From the NCBI RefSeq assembly GCF_026626745.1, contig NZ_JAPNJW010000002.1:1382151-1446150 (forward strand): DNA of 64,000 nt. Direction: 5' to 3'. Each line of letters opens with the position of its first letter. Position 1 is the first letter of the stretch. The DNA is from Nannocystis sp. RBIL2. GTDB taxonomy: Bacteria; Myxococcota_A; Polyangia; Nannocystales; Nannocystaceae. Positions 37,878 to 47,869 of this stretch are shown in pieces. Both the position numbers and the translations under genes were made by a program. Under the pieces are notes generated by a model. The model worked only from the letters and a program-made list of their open reading frames with translations. It was not told the origin of the DNA and did no database searches.

Positions 37878-39530
37878 TCACTGGCGCACGAACGCCGCCC
37901 GGGCGTACCGCACGCCTCCGGACGTCAGCTCGCCGACCGCGAACACCTGATCCCAGGGGTCGACCGCAGCGCCGTAAACCGCGGACGGGTCCAGGCCCGA
38001 CGAGAACTTGTGCTCGTACGTCAAACCCTTGCGCCCGAGCACGACGCCGCGGAGCGTACCCCCGTCCATCACGACTCCCACGGCGATCACCCCTCCGTGC
38101 GCGCTCACGGCGACCCCTGTCCCGTACGCGGCATCCCCGGCCGCCTCGGGCGACCACCAGATCCGGGCGCCGCTGGCGTCGTAGATCGCGATCTCGATCC
38201 GCTGCGACGTGCCGTCACCCGTCGCGCCGTAGCCGACGACAACCACGCCGTCCGGGTGTGCGGCTGCCCCGAGGTACATGCCTTGCCGCCATCCGCCGCT
38301 TGCCGCCTGCACGACCACTGGGTCGAGTCGCGCACCGGTCTCAAGGGCCAACGGCACGAGGATCCCGCGTGTCTCGTCCCACCAACCATTGTCGTGTTCG
38401 CCGGTGCTCGCGCCGACGACCCAGGCGACGCCGTCCTTGATCACCACGTCGAACGCGAGGTCGTCGAATTCGTGCAGGTTCAGTTGACCATTGGGTCCGT
38501 GGTCCCAGCCCTTCGCGCTCACGACCGCGACGCCCTCCGCGTTCATCCGCCAGATCTTGATGTCCGTGTCGCCGTAGCCCGAGCCGCCGAAGCCGACCGC
38601 GATACAGCCGCTCGCGTCGTCGCTGGCGATGCCCCGCACCGTCGTCCCGGCCTCGGTCGGCATCTCGACGCTCGTCTCGTGGCCTTCCGCGTCGAGCAAG
38701 AGGATCCGCGGCCGCCACTTGCTGTCCGCCTGGCGGACATTCATCGCGACCCAGATCTCGCCGTCCGGCGTCAGCGCGACCGCATCGACCGCGCCCTCGC
38801 GCGAGTCGAGCACAATCGTTCCCTCGGCCCAGACCTCCGCGCCGTCCTTGCCCCGCCGCTTCCGGATCGACGGGCGCGGCGCCCCGTCGACGACGACGGA
38901 ACCGACCTCGATCGCGTCCCCCTCGGGCGTTGCGACGACGCGCCGCGAGGTCGAGCCGCTCGGCCCCAGCCTGGCCCACGCGAGATCGCCGGACGCCGGC
39001 GTGGCGACCTCGAACATCACCGGCGGCCACACGTGCGCGAGCGGCCCGCGCATGGCGGTCACTTCGAGCACGTGCGCGCCGTTGTCGATCGAGCCGAAGC
39101 ACGGCGCGGCGCCGGTCCACACGCCGCCGCCCTGATCGGTGAACGGCTCCAGCTCGGCGCCGTCGAGGGTGGCCCTCACGAGGCTCGCGCCCTCGGTCGT
39201 CACCGTCACCGGCACCGAGCCGGCGAGGTGGACTTTCGCTGGCACGTCGACGCCGAGGATCCGCGGCGGGAGCAGCTCGGCGTCGCTGGCTGTGCTGCCG
39301 GCCTCACCCGTGCTCGTCGCGTCCGTCGTGTCCTCGGGCTCGCCGGTCGCCGGGCTCGGCTCGTCGCTCGAGTTCGCGGGGCCCGTCATCTCCGCCGCTC
39401 CCCCGTCGCTGCTCGCACCTGTCCCGGCGGTCATGTCGTTGGCGAGGAAGTCGGCCCACGACGGCGCGTGATCGACACAGGCGCCGAGCGCGAAGAACAT
39501 GCAGAGGGACACAGCGCGACCGCGGAACAT
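37878..39530 (-). CDS. Lipoprotein with beta-propeller-like repeats
   Basis: 550 aa; MFRGRAVSLCMFFALGAC lipobox; the repeat-rich C-terminus resembles that of the 34577 gene. Confidence 0.8.
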   Translation of the reverse strand: MFRGRAVSLCMFFALGACVDHAPSWADFLANDMTAGTGASSDGGAAEMTGPANSSDEPSPATGEPEDTTDATSTGEAGSTASDAELLPPRILGVDVPAKVHLAGSVPVTVTTEGASLVRATLDGAELEPFTDQGGGVWTGAAPCFGSIDNGAHVLEVTAMRGPLAHVWPPVMFEVATPASGDLAWARLGPSGSTSRRVVATPEGDAIEVGSVVVDGAPRPSIRKRRGKDGAEVWAEGTIVLDSREGAVDAVALTPDGEIWVAMNVRQADSKWRPRILLLDAEGHETSVEMPTEAGTTVRGIASDDASGCIAVGFGGSGYGDTDIKIWRMNAEGVAVVSAKGWDHGPNGQLNLHEFDDLAFDVVIKDGVAWVVGASTGEHDNGWWDETRGILVPLALETGARLDPVVVQAASGGWRQGMYLGAAAHPDGVVVVGYGATGDGTSQRIEIAIYDASGARIWWSPEAAGDAAYGTGVAVSAHGGVIAVGVVMDGGTLRGVVLGRKGLTYEHKFSSGLDPSAVYGAAVDPWDQVFAVGELTSGGVRYARAAFVRQ

Positions 39531-39554
39531 GGCGACCTCCGAGCGCAGGGGGGC

Positions 39555-40430
39555 TCAGAACGAGTATACGAAGCCGGTGCCGCCGGCGCGCGCTCTCGCG
39601 CGTGAGCCTGCGCGACTCGGCGCGAGCAGGACGGCAACGCTTGTAATTACGCTTACACATCCAACAGCGAGCAGGGCCGGCCATGTCGCATGGAGCCGGA
39701 CATAGCGGTCATCGGCGTCGTGCGCCGCGGCCCGCTCGGCGGCCGTGTACTCGCGGCCCTGCGCGCCGTCGACGATGGCGGCGAGCTCGGCTTCCGCCTG
39801 ATCGCGTCGCACGAGCGCGCCAGCCATGCCCCCGAGCAGGCCGAGGCCGACCCCGCCGAGCACGGAGGCAGCGATCACGCGGCCGCGCGGCCTCCACGGC
39901 GGTCTGTCCTTCGCGCCAGGTTCGGGCGTGCTGTCCTTCGAGCCAGGTTGTGGCGCCGGTCCTTCGGCTCGCGGCCCGGCCGTCCGCGTCGGCCCGGTCA
40001 TCGGCGTCGGCGTCGGCTCGCTCGTCGGCGTCGGCTCGCTCGGCGGCGGCTCGCTCGTCGGCGTCGGCTCGCTCGGCGGCGAGGCACACTTCGCGCCGAC
40101 CTTGCCCACCAGGGCCGCGTCGGTCGCTTCCAGTTCGACCCACGAGGCCCGCTCCTTCTCGCTGGCGAAGCCCCCTCGCGCAAGCAGGCCGCTTGCCACG
40201 TCGAGAGCCTCGCACAGGTGGGCGACGTCCCCCGTCGTCCGGTAGAGAGCGCGCAGGCTGTCGTGGACCCCGTAGAGCGCCGCGGGAGCGTGGACACCCG
40301 GAGCGGCGGCCCGCTCGCGGTGCAGCTTCAGCGCGAGCTCTAGCTTGCCCTCGTTGAAAGCCGCGACGGCCTCGGCCTCGGAGGGCGGCGGGGGGAGCAT
40401 GGTCGACACCAGGACGAGGCGCAGCAACAT
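39555..40430 (-). CDS. Hypothetical membrane-anchored protein with SEPTPT tandem repeats
   Basis: Part of ORF 39555..40664 from ATG 40430 (MLLRLVLVSTML), 9 nt after the kinase stop. SEPTPTSEPPPSEPTPTSEPTPTP is encoded by tandem DNA repeats near 40010-40080. It has two C-terminal TM segments. Confidence 0.6.
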   Translation of the reverse strand: MLLRLVLVSTMLPPPPSEAEAVAAFNEGKLELALKLHRERAAAPGVHAPAALYGVHDSLRALYRTTGDVAHLCEALDVASGLLARGGFASEKERASWVELEATDAALVGKVGAKCASPPSEPTPTSEPPPSEPTPTSEPTPTPMTGPTRTAGPRAEGPAPQPGSKDSTPEPGAKDRPPWRPRGRVIAASVLGGVGLGLLGGMAGALVRRDQAEAELAAIVDGAQGREYTAAERAAAHDADDRYVRLHATWPALLAVGCVSVITSVAVLLAPSRAGSRARARAGGTGFVYSF

Positions 40431-40438
40431 GGGCTCTC

Positions 40439-41989
40439 CTACCGAGCGAAAAAGGTGTGTTGCCTCTGCCCCTTGGCGACGCGGAGGGCGAAGTGCTCCA
40501 GGGCCTCGCGGATACACCGCGTCTCCGGCGAGTCCGAGGCGACACCTCGAACGCTGGCCGGCTCGCCCGCGGCGATGGTCGTCAAGAGCGGTTCTGCGTC
40601 GATCTTCGCGCGCTTCAGGCAGGCCCGCGCGCGAGCCTCGGCCCGCCGCATGCGGGTCGCCCACGGCTCGGGCCGCGGCGGCTCGGTCGACTCGACGACC
40701 GCGCTCGCGGCCGCCGGCTCGACAACCCGCGACGGCTCAGCCGCGCGCGGCTCGACGGCCGCGCTCGCTACTGCAGGCTCGACGATCCGCGGCGGCTCGA
40801 CGACGGGCGGTGCTACGACCCGCGGCGGCTCGGCGGTGGGCGACTCGACGACCGCGCTCGCCACCGCTGACTCGCCCGGCGCTGCCGCCCGCAGAAGCGC
40901 CACGGTCGCGCCGACGCCGAGGGCGAACGATGCGACCGAGGCCCCGAGGACAAACGGCAGCGACGATCGCTTCGCCGGCGCCGCGAGGCGCGACTGCACG
41001 ATCTCGAGCGCCCGGACCAGCTCGGCCATGCTGCGGTGGCGCTCGGCCACACGCGAGACGCCGCGCCGAAGCTCGAGGACCAGCGGCCCGAGCTCGGGCG
41101 CGAACTCCTCCGCTCGGATCTCGCGGTGGCGGTACACCTCCGGCGCATACAAGCGCCGACCCGTGATCATCTCGTACAAGACCACGCAGACCGAGAAAAC
41201 GTCCGTTCCGGGCGAGACCCTGCCCTCGTTGACCCACTGCGGGCACATGTACGCCGGATTGCCGATCCACTCGGTCTCCGCCGTTCGCCAGCGCTTGCCG
41301 ACCGCGGTCGGATCGCGCAGGTGCGGCTGGTCGTAGTAGTCCGCGGTCAGAAGGGCCGCGCCGAAGTCGATCAGGCGTACGCGCTCGCCTTCGAGGATCA
41401 CATTGTCCGGCTTCACGTCGCGATGGATCACCCCGGCGGCGTGAACCGCCGCCAGCACGCGGCCGAGGTCGATCGCCAGCGCAAGCGCTCGCGCGGGCGG
41501 TATCGTCGTCTCGCGGCGCAAGCGGCCGCGGATCGTCTCGCCCGAAATGATCTGCATGGCGAAGTAGGGCTCGCCCTCGGCGGTCTCTCCTATGTCGTAG
41601 ATCGCCGGGACGCCCGGGTGCCCGATCGCCGCGAGCGCTCGGTATTCCCGCCGAAAGCGCTCCGTGAAGCTCGTGTCCGCATAACTCGGCTTGATCCGCT
41701 TGATCGCCACGTTGCGACAGGCCACGCGATCGTATGCGAGCTGAACGACGCCCATCCCGCCCACCCCGAGCGTTTGCAGCAGCGTGTAACGCTCGGCGAA
41801 GGGGCCGAGCGGCAGACCCGCCACTTCCGCCGCGGCCGGCTCGTCATCGTCGTCGCCGGCTCCCAAGTCGAGCGGCGGGCTCACGTCGAGCGGCGGATCG
41901 AGCAAGCCGAAGGCCGACTCCTGCGGAGCCCGACGAGTGACATCAGCCGGGTCGAGCGGCGGGAACGGGCTATCGGCGAGGACGGTCAA
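40439..41989 (-). CDS. Ser/Thr protein kinase
   Basis: 516 aa; HRDVKPDNVIL, DFGAAL, GNPAYMCPQ; TM segment; the C-terminus has V-E-P-rich repeats. Confidence 0.9.
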   Translation of the reverse strand: MTVLADSPFPPLDPADVTRRAPQESAFGLLDPPLDVSPPLDLGAGDDDDEPAAAEVAGLPLGPFAERYTLLQTLGVGGMGVVQLAYDRVACRNVAIKRIKPSYADTSFTERFRREYRALAAIGHPGVPAIYDIGETAEGEPYFAMQIISGETIRGRLRRETTIPPARALALAIDLGRVLAAVHAAGVIHRDVKPDNVILEGERVRLIDFGAALLTADYYDQPHLRDPTAVGKRWRTAETEWIGNPAYMCPQWVNEGRVSPGTDVFSVCVVLYEMITGRRLYAPEVYRHREIRAEEFAPELGPLVLELRRGVSRVAERHRSMAELVRALEIVQSRLAAPAKRSSLPFVLGASVASFALGVGATVALLRAAAPGESAVASAVVESPTAEPPRVVAPPVVEPPRIVEPAVASAAVEPRAAEPSRVVEPAAASAVVESTEPPRPEPWATRMRRAEARARACLKRAKIDAEPLLTTIAAGEPASVRGVASDSPETRCIREALEHFALRVAKGQRQHTFFAR

Positions 41990-42005
41990 GGCGCGCTCTC
42001 CTGCT

Positions 42006-42815
42006 TCACATGGGGGGCGGCAGCGTGGAGTACAGCTTCTCGGGCTCCTGGGGCCCCTGCGACTTCAAGGGCGTATCGCCGGCGAGGTCGTCGCGATCCG
42101 GCCAGGCGACGAAGCCGTGCTCCACCGCCCTGGCCAGGCGATTCTGGCAGCTACAGGCATTGAGCGGATCGACGTGCTCGCAGACCGACTCCAACTCCGC
42201 GCGCAGATCTTGAAGGGCGCGCGTGTAGGCGACGTTCCCGCCGGTCGGCGTGCCGAAGATCGAGTTCGTCTCGTCGCGAGAGAACCCGAGGACCTCACGC
42301 AAGATGAAAGCGGCACGCGGCGCCGGGGCCAGGTTCATCAGGACGGTTGTCAGGCACTTGCGCTGTAGCTCGCGCTGAAGCACGTACAGCCGCCGCACGT
42401 CGCCGCGAATCAGCGGGTGTCCCATCCCGAGCTTTGTCGTCCCGTCGAACCGTCCGAGGCTCTCGTCGAGGTTGAACCCGTCGAACCGTTGGCGAGCGGA
42501 GAACAAGCGGATGAGCTGCCGGAGTCGCCCGAACAAGTCGGGGGCGGGCTGCTCGCGGATGGGTTCGCCCTGCGAGCGCTTCTGGCCAGGCCGCTTGTAT
42601 TCGTGCTGACGCAAGCCGGGGCGCTTGTAGGCGCCGGGCGGGTGGCCCGGCAGCACGTCCGGAGCGTCCGGCTGGAGCATCGCCATGCCCGCCTCACGCG
42701 AGCCAGCCATCCAGGTTGCGAACAGCACCACGAGCGGGTGTTCGGCGGGCGGCCGCTGGGCGGGGGCCTCTTGTTGTGCGGCGGTGCCCGAGGATTCAGG
42801 GGTCGGGGTGGCCAT
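42006..42815 (-). CDS. Divergent sigma-70/ECF-like protein (region 4 clear)
   Basis: 269 aa; LAPAPRAAFILREVLGFSRDETNSIFGTPTGGNVAYTRALQDLRAEL resembles sigma region 4. The N-terminal half is poorly conserved. Directly upstream of the kinase. Confidence 0.55.
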   Translation of the reverse strand: MATPTPESSGTAAQQEAPAQRPPAEHPLVVLFATWMAGSREAGMAMLQPDAPDVLPGHPPGAYKRPGLRQHEYKRPGQKRSQGEPIREQPAPDLFGRLRQLIRLFSARQRFDGFNLDESLGRFDGTTKLGMGHPLIRGDVRRLYVLQRELQRKCLTTVLMNLAPAPRAAFILREVLGFSRDETNSIFGTPTGGNVAYTRALQDLRAELESVCEHVDPLNACSCQNRLARAVEHGFVAWPDRDDLAGDTPLKSQGPQEPEKLYSTLPPPM

Positions 42816-43246
42816 CGACGTCCGATGTTGCAGCGGAAGCGCGCTTCCGTCCAGCCGGCCGGCCGGCCGGGGAGCGGACGCGCGCCCTGGCTCGGCCAGG
42901 ATGGGCTATCCTCGGCCTATCATCGGTCTATCATCGGGTCAATGCCCGCTTGCGCGCCGCCGCGGCGCGCGCAACCGCTCGGCCGGGCAACTGTTCAGCG
43001 CTTCCTAAAAGTTCGCGGTCGAGGAGCCGGTCACATGTCCATCACGGGCCGGTCCCACGCTGCAGGCGGCGAGCGGGGCGCCCGAGGTCGACGCCGCCTA
43101 CTCGGCCGGGCGCCAGAACCGCGGCGGCTCGGGGATCATCACGCTGGCGCACGCCTCGGACGGCCGCAGGACAGCTGCCGGCGCGCTCTCCCGGCACAAG
43201 CCTGAACCCTTGCGGCAGCGTCGACGCGTCCGGTACCGTCCGCGCG

Positions 43247-43519
43247 GTGTCCTTCCCCCTCACAACCGAGGAATTGGCGAAAATGGCCAACCTCACCGTG
43301 CCCACCATTCGGGAATGGCGAAAGCTCGGGCTCTTCGTCGGGATCAAGACGACGAAGAAGGGCGGAAGCGGTGGGGTGCGGATCTTGTGGGCGGCCTCGG
43401 CTGCGGACCGGGTGGCGGAGATCGTGAAACTCAAGGGCGAGGGGTGGGGAAACGACGCCCTGCGCGAGCATTTCGCAGCGAAGGCAAGAGCACAGGAGAG
43501 CGGTCAAACGGCCCCGTAG
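43247..43519 (+). CDS. Small HTH protein (MerR/excisionase-like)
   Basis: Tail of ORF 42716..43519 from GTG 43247: LTTEELAKMANLTVPTIREWRKLGLFVGIKT. Confidence 0.5.
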   Translation: MSFPLTTEELAKMANLTVPTIREWRKLGLFVGIKTTKKGGSGGVRILWAASAADRVAEIVKLKGEGWGNDALREHFAAKARAQESGQTAP

Positions 43520-43579
43520 AGCGATCGCCGCGCGCGTCGAGTCGCGCTCGTCGCCCTGAACTCACCATCTGTCGCAAGC

Positions 43580-43825
43580 GTGAACATGCGGTTACAGCCT
43601 GGCATCTATCGCCATTACAAGGGAACCGAGTACCGAGTCTTCGGTGTCGCCCGACATTCCGAGACCGAAGAGCAGGTCGTCTTCTACCAGGCGCTCTACG
43701 GCGAACACGGCCTTTGGGTGCGGCCTTTGTCGATGTTCCTGGAGTCGGTCGAGATTGACGGCGAAAGCGTCCCGCGCTTTACCTTGGTCCAGCCCGAGAA
43801 CGACCTGTTCGCGCCGCCGGGCTAG
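43580..43825 (+). CDS. DUF1653 domain protein
   Basis: 81 aa; GIYRHYKGTEYRVFGVARHSETEEQVVFYQALYGEHGLWVRPLSMF matches the DUF1653 signature. Confidence 0.85.
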   Translation: MNMRLQPGIYRHYKGTEYRVFGVARHSETEEQVVFYQALYGEHGLWVRPLSMFLESVEIDGESVPRFTLVQPENDLFAPPG

Positions 43826-44084
43826 TGCCGCGACCGGGCCACTTCGAGCCGCCCTAGCGAGTTCTCCGCCACGCTGGCCAGCGAGCTGGTTCCGGCGCGG
43901 GTAGCCCGCCGCCTGCCACTGCAGGGCCCGCGCCTGAGCCGCCGCCGCGACGCCCTGGTCGACGACTCGGACACGCGCGGGGCGATGGGCCCGGAGCGGC
44001 CCGCCCCGGCGTCGTCGTCGACCCGCCGCAGGTCTCGCGCAGCGAGCTGGCGGGTGAGGCGCTGTCGATCCCTCGCCTGCGCTG

Positions 44085-44176
44085 GTGCTCGGCGAGACCG
44101 GCGTCGGCAAGGAGCGCGTCGCCGGCGAGCTGCACCGCCTCAGCGGCCGGCGGGGACCGCTGCTGTCGATCAACTG
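44085..44176 (+). pseudogene. Fragment of a sigma-54-interacting AAA+ activator (Walker A region only)
   Basis: LGETGVGKERVAGELHRLSGRRGPLLSINC. The upstream part is frameshifted, and the downstream part is replaced by unrelated repeats at 44177. Confidence 0.55.
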
Positions 44177-44234
44177 CAGTACAAATAGCCGCGGGCCCAA
44201 TAGCAGCACGCATCCGCGCGGGTGGGGTCGGGCA
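44177..44234. repeat. 58-bp perfect inverted duplicate of 60533-60590
   Basis: The reverse complement equals GCCCGACCCCACCCGCGCGGATGCGTGCTGCTATTGGGCCCGCGGCTATTTGTACTGC, the 3' end of the Cys-rich lipoprotein gene 60171..60602 (PDPTRADACCYWARGYLYC). Confidence 0.85.
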
Positions 44235-44616
44235 GGTCGACTTGCGCAAGGCTTCGAGGGCCTCAGCGCGCTCGTGCAGCAGGCGCTGGGCAAGGATCCG
44301 CTGTCGGGGGCGTCGTACCTGTTCACGATTCGGCGGCGGACGACGGCGAAGGTGCTGCCCCGCCTGGCGATGAGCCGGCGAAGAAGAAGACGGGGCACGG
44401 ATGTTCGCTACCACGGACAGGAACGTGAGACGCCCGGCGAAAGGGGAAAGGGGCGCTGATCATGGAGGGATATGGCCGGCAGCAGCGGCAATCAGACCGT
44501 CAAACGCAGGTCAGGGGCCTCCGGAAACCGCGGCCTCATGTCGAGCGAGGCGCATGGCGCGGACGAGAGCGAACCGCCAGCGGACGCTGACCACGACGTA
44601 TTCGTGGCGGCCGACC
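44230..44616 (+). mobile_element. IS66-orf2(tnpB)-like fragment repeat, copy 1
   Basis: GQVDLRKGFEGLSALVQQALGKDPLSG..LFTIRRRTTAKVL. Same sequence as 60689-61014, except for a 1-nt deletion (near 44251) and a 63-bp insertion (near 44457-44519). Confidence 0.65.
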
Positions 44617-45018
44617 GCAGGCGCGTGACCTGGCCACCGCTCGCACGACTGCCCGAAGCACCCACGTCGCTCGGTCTACCGCAGCGCGCGAGCGAGCGCG
44701 CAAGTCAGCGTGACGCCCCGGCCGGGCTCGCGGTCACCGAGGAGCACCTTGCACGCTCGTTCTAGCGGACGCGGACCGTATCGGCGACGATGACAACGTG
44801 TCGTTCAAGACGTTCAAGTGCGGTCGCGACCTCGATCGCCGCCTGCGATCGCCAGACCGGGCCACGGTGCTCGCGGCGCTGGACGAGGCCGAGCGCGCCC
44901 CCCACCCCGCGCTCGAGGATGCCGTGTGCAGCCACCTGCTCAGCGAAGACTTCGAGATCGGAGGTCGGGCTGCCGAGGTGCTCGGCGCGATTCACAGTGC
45001 GGGGAAGCGACCGGAGCA

Positions 45019-45480
45019 ATGGCCGATCGATCTCGGCACGGATGGAGCCCCGAATCCATCGCTGCTACCTTCGATGCAGTCTGGGAGGAGGTGCAGGACG
45101 AGTTGGTCGCGGACGAACCGTCGTCGGCGCCGACGAGCATCGAAGCGATCGAGGTGGCCGTTCGCGAAAAGTTCGCGCCCGAGCGCACGAGCTTGCCACT
45201 CGACTACCGCCGTTACCTGGAGAGTTCGATGCAGCATGGCTGGATCAGCCGCAATGGCATGTTCCACCTGTCGGGCGCCGGCCTCCATCTCAATGGCTAT
45301 CGCCCCGGCATCGTGATCGCCTGGTGGTACGACGATCACTTCGTGTTTCTGGATCCGAGGGAGCAAGAGAGCGCGCTACCCATCAAGTACTACAACATCG
45401 ACGAAGACGAGGATCCGTACGGCGAGTACCCGAGCTTCAGCGTCTGGCTCCTCACCGAGATGCGACGGCGCAGGCCATAG
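45019..45480 (+). CDS. SMI1/KNR4 (SUKH-1) family protein
   Basis: In-frame part of ORF 44818..45480 from ATG 45019. LPLDYRRYLESSMQHGWISRNGMFHLSG and ...YYNIDEDEDPYGEYPSFSVWL fit the SMI1_KNR4 pattern. Confidence 0.7.
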   Translation: MADRSRHGWSPESIAATFDAVWEEVQDELVADEPSSAPTSIEAIEVAVREKFAPERTSLPLDYRRYLESSMQHGWISRNGMFHLSGAGLHLNGYRPGIVIAWWYDDHFVFLDPREQESALPIKYYNIDEDEDPYGEYPSFSVWLLTEMRRRRP

Positions 45481-45883
45481 CCGTCGCGGGCCGAGAACGC
45501 CCTCGGGGTACTGTAAGGTTTCAGCCCCTCGTCGCAGGCAGCGCTGCCAGCCGCTCGCCGCGTTGCTGTGACACGGCGATGAGGGGCACGGACTCGCAGC
45601 CCATCGGCGGCGAGCCGAAGCGCCTGGCGTCGAGGGTGAAGTCGATCGTCGCGCCGCTGCGCCGCGCCGTGCCGAAGTCGGCGGACGGGGCGCGGCGATC
45701 TGAGCGGCTAACGAGTACACCGTCGGGAACGCGTCGCCGTGCGCATCGATCACGTGGAACATCAAGCGGCTCGCCGACATGGCGGTGAAGCTGCGTCGGG
45801 TCAAGACGATCGAAGCTGCGTCGAGTACGGCAGGCCGTCCGAGACTGCACGTGTTCTTGCACAGGCCGTAGGCGAACCCGCCG

Positions 45884-46215
45884 TCACGCGCCGCGTCGAT
45901 CGCCCGCGGGCCTGTGCCCGCGGGCGAATTCTTGGGGCAAGACGGCGACTCCTGGCTCGCGCAGCGCGGCGCGGGCGGTGAAGCGGAGGTACTGCTCGGG
46001 GTCGACGCCGCAGACGATGCACGTCTCGATCAGCGAGTACATGATCGCCGCGACATGCGTGCCGCGCACCGATCTCGACCCGTAGTGATTCTTGCGCCCG
46101 AGCACCATGCCCCGCAGCGCGCGATCGGTGCGGTTGTTGCTGAGCGGGATCAGCGGGTCGTCGAGAAAGGCCGTCAGGCCGGTCCAGTTGCCCAGCAGGT
46201 AGCCGGGCGCATCCG
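45884..46215 (-). pseudogene. tnpC: IS66-family transposase (tnpC) 3' fragment
   Basis: The reverse strand reads ALADAPGYLLGNWTGLTAFLDDPLIPLSNNRTDRALRGMVLGRKNHYGSRSVRGTHVAAIMYSLIETCIVCGVDPEQYL. Confidence 0.75.
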
Positions 46216-46465
46216 CGAGCGCGCTGCGCGGGAGCGCCGAGGACGCCCCAACGCCCCAGCGCGCCGAGGTCGCCCCATCGCCCGAGATCGCCGAGGTCGC
46301 CGAGGTTGCCGAGGTCCCCGCGGTCTCAAGACCAGACCGAGAGCCAGTACAACGAGGCGCCTCAGGTCGCCGAGGTCGCCGGGGTTATGCCGCCGCTCCA
46401 AGGCGCCAAAGCCCATGTAGCCGAGCCGGCGCGCTCTCTCTCTAAACCTGTCCTTAAGGCGGCTT

Positions 46466-47008
46466 GTGGGCCTTGCAGGTCTGGTGATTGTGTTCGTGGC
46501 CGGATGGCAAGCGGGGCGGCTCCGCGGCGGCGCGGGCGAGGACGAGTTAGCCACCACCGCGGATGCTCCTTTGGAGCCGGCCAAACTTGGAGGCGAGCCT
46601 CTGGTTTCGTCGGTCGTTCCGCCGCCAGTGCCGCCGGCGCCTTTGCCCGAAGCCCAGCCGGTCCCTCCGCAAGGAGATCGCTCGCCGATTCCAGCCGATA
46701 ACCGACAAACGACGCCCCAAGCACCTATGAGAAAGGCTAAGGCCCGCCGCGCTCTCGACCTCGCGGACGAGGCTGAGGCGGTGATCCGACGCAACCTGCC
46801 AAGAGTACGTTCCTGCCAGGGGGCGCCGGACGTGATGGGCCTGCACTTGCGTCTGAAACCCGATACTCCCGCCGCTCTCGTTGCTATTGACGAGGAGGCG
46901 ATCGATCCAGGGCTCAAGTGGCAAACGTGCGTTCGGCGGGTCGTTTCTCTGTTAAATTTCCCGGCGGTTTCGGAGCCGTCTGATATTCGTCTGCGGATCG
47001 AAATCTGA
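46466..47008 (+). CDS. Hypothetical membrane-anchored Pro-rich protein
   Basis: 180 aa; N-terminal TM segment, PPPVPPAPLPEAQPVPP linker, small Cys-containing C-terminal domain. The region is visibly less G+C rich. Confidence 0.45.
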   Translation: MGLAGLVIVFVAGWQAGRLRGGAGEDELATTADAPLEPAKLGGEPLVSSVVPPPVPPAPLPEAQPVPPQGDRSPIPADNRQTTPQAPMRKAKARRALDLADEAEAVIRRNLPRVRSCQGAPDVMGLHLRLKPDTPAALVAIDEEAIDPGLKWQTCVRRVVSLLNFPAVSEPSDIRLRIEI

Positions 47009-47299
47009 TGATTTCGTGTCGAGCTACAGCCGCCTAGCCTTTGGAGGTCACTTCCACGCGAGGGCCGGCTCGTCGGAGAGACGCACGCGGACGATCTGCG
47101 CGCCGATCTCGTGCGGGCGGGCGGTGTCGACGTCGGGTTCACGCCGTGGGCTCGGGAGGGCGCCCTCTTCATCCATGCAACGCTAGAAAATGGTCGATCT
47201 TTTCTAATGTGGGTCTCTCCCCCAATGCCTCGTATCTGGGTCTTAGGAGGCGGAGCTCGGCGAGAGCTTCGTTTACAGCACCAAGCTCGGCGAGAATGA

Positions 47300-47869
47300 T
47301 TGCCGCATTGTAGTGAGCATCAATCTCAACCCATTCGAAACCGAGGCGTTCCGCGTCAGAAGCCACTTTATCCGCAGGCGTCGCCGGCGACCAGGCAGCG
47401 GAGCACCCGCCATGCCCCACTTTGGGTCGCCGCTGGACGGCGCGAGGGCGCCGAGGTGCCGGTGCCCACCGCCGACCCGCCGCGCGGCGAGCTGTTCGCC
47501 GTCGCGCTGCACAACGCGGTCGAGGGCTGCGTGTCCGAGGCGTTCGCGGCGGCGCTCGCGGCTCACCAGGCGCGCCACGCCGGGAGCCCCGAGCTGCGCG
47601 CCGTGTTCGCCGCGATCGCGGCCGACGAGCTGCGCCACGGCCAGCTGGCCTGGGATCTTCACACATGGCTTTTCGGGCAGCTCCCGGCGGAGCAGCAGGC
47701 CGAGGTCCAGGCCGCGCAACTGCGGGCGTTGGCGATGCTGCCCCGCGAGACCTGCGAGACCGCGGCGACAGCTCCGGCCGAGCTCGGCTGGCCCTCGCCT
47801 GCCCGCGCGCGCGTGATGGCCGAAGGGTTCGCCCGCGAGGTAGCGGCCGCGGTGGGCGCGGCCGCCTGA
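47300..47869 (+). CDS. Ferritin-like domain protein, probably 5'-truncated
   Basis: Only the C-terminal ~140 aa look protein-like (AVALHNAVEGCVSEAFAAAL...AADELRHGQLAWDLHTW). The upstream part of the ORF is low-complexity. Confidence 0.4.
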   Translation: MPHCSEHQSQPIRNRGVPRQKPLYPQASPATRQRSTRHAPLWVAAGRREGAEVPVPTADPPRGELFAVALHNAVEGCVSEAFAAALAAHQARHAGSPELRAVFAAIAADELRHGQLAWDLHTWLFGQLPAEQQAEVQAAQLRALAMLPRETCETAATAPAELGWPSPARARVMAEGFAREVAAAVGAAA

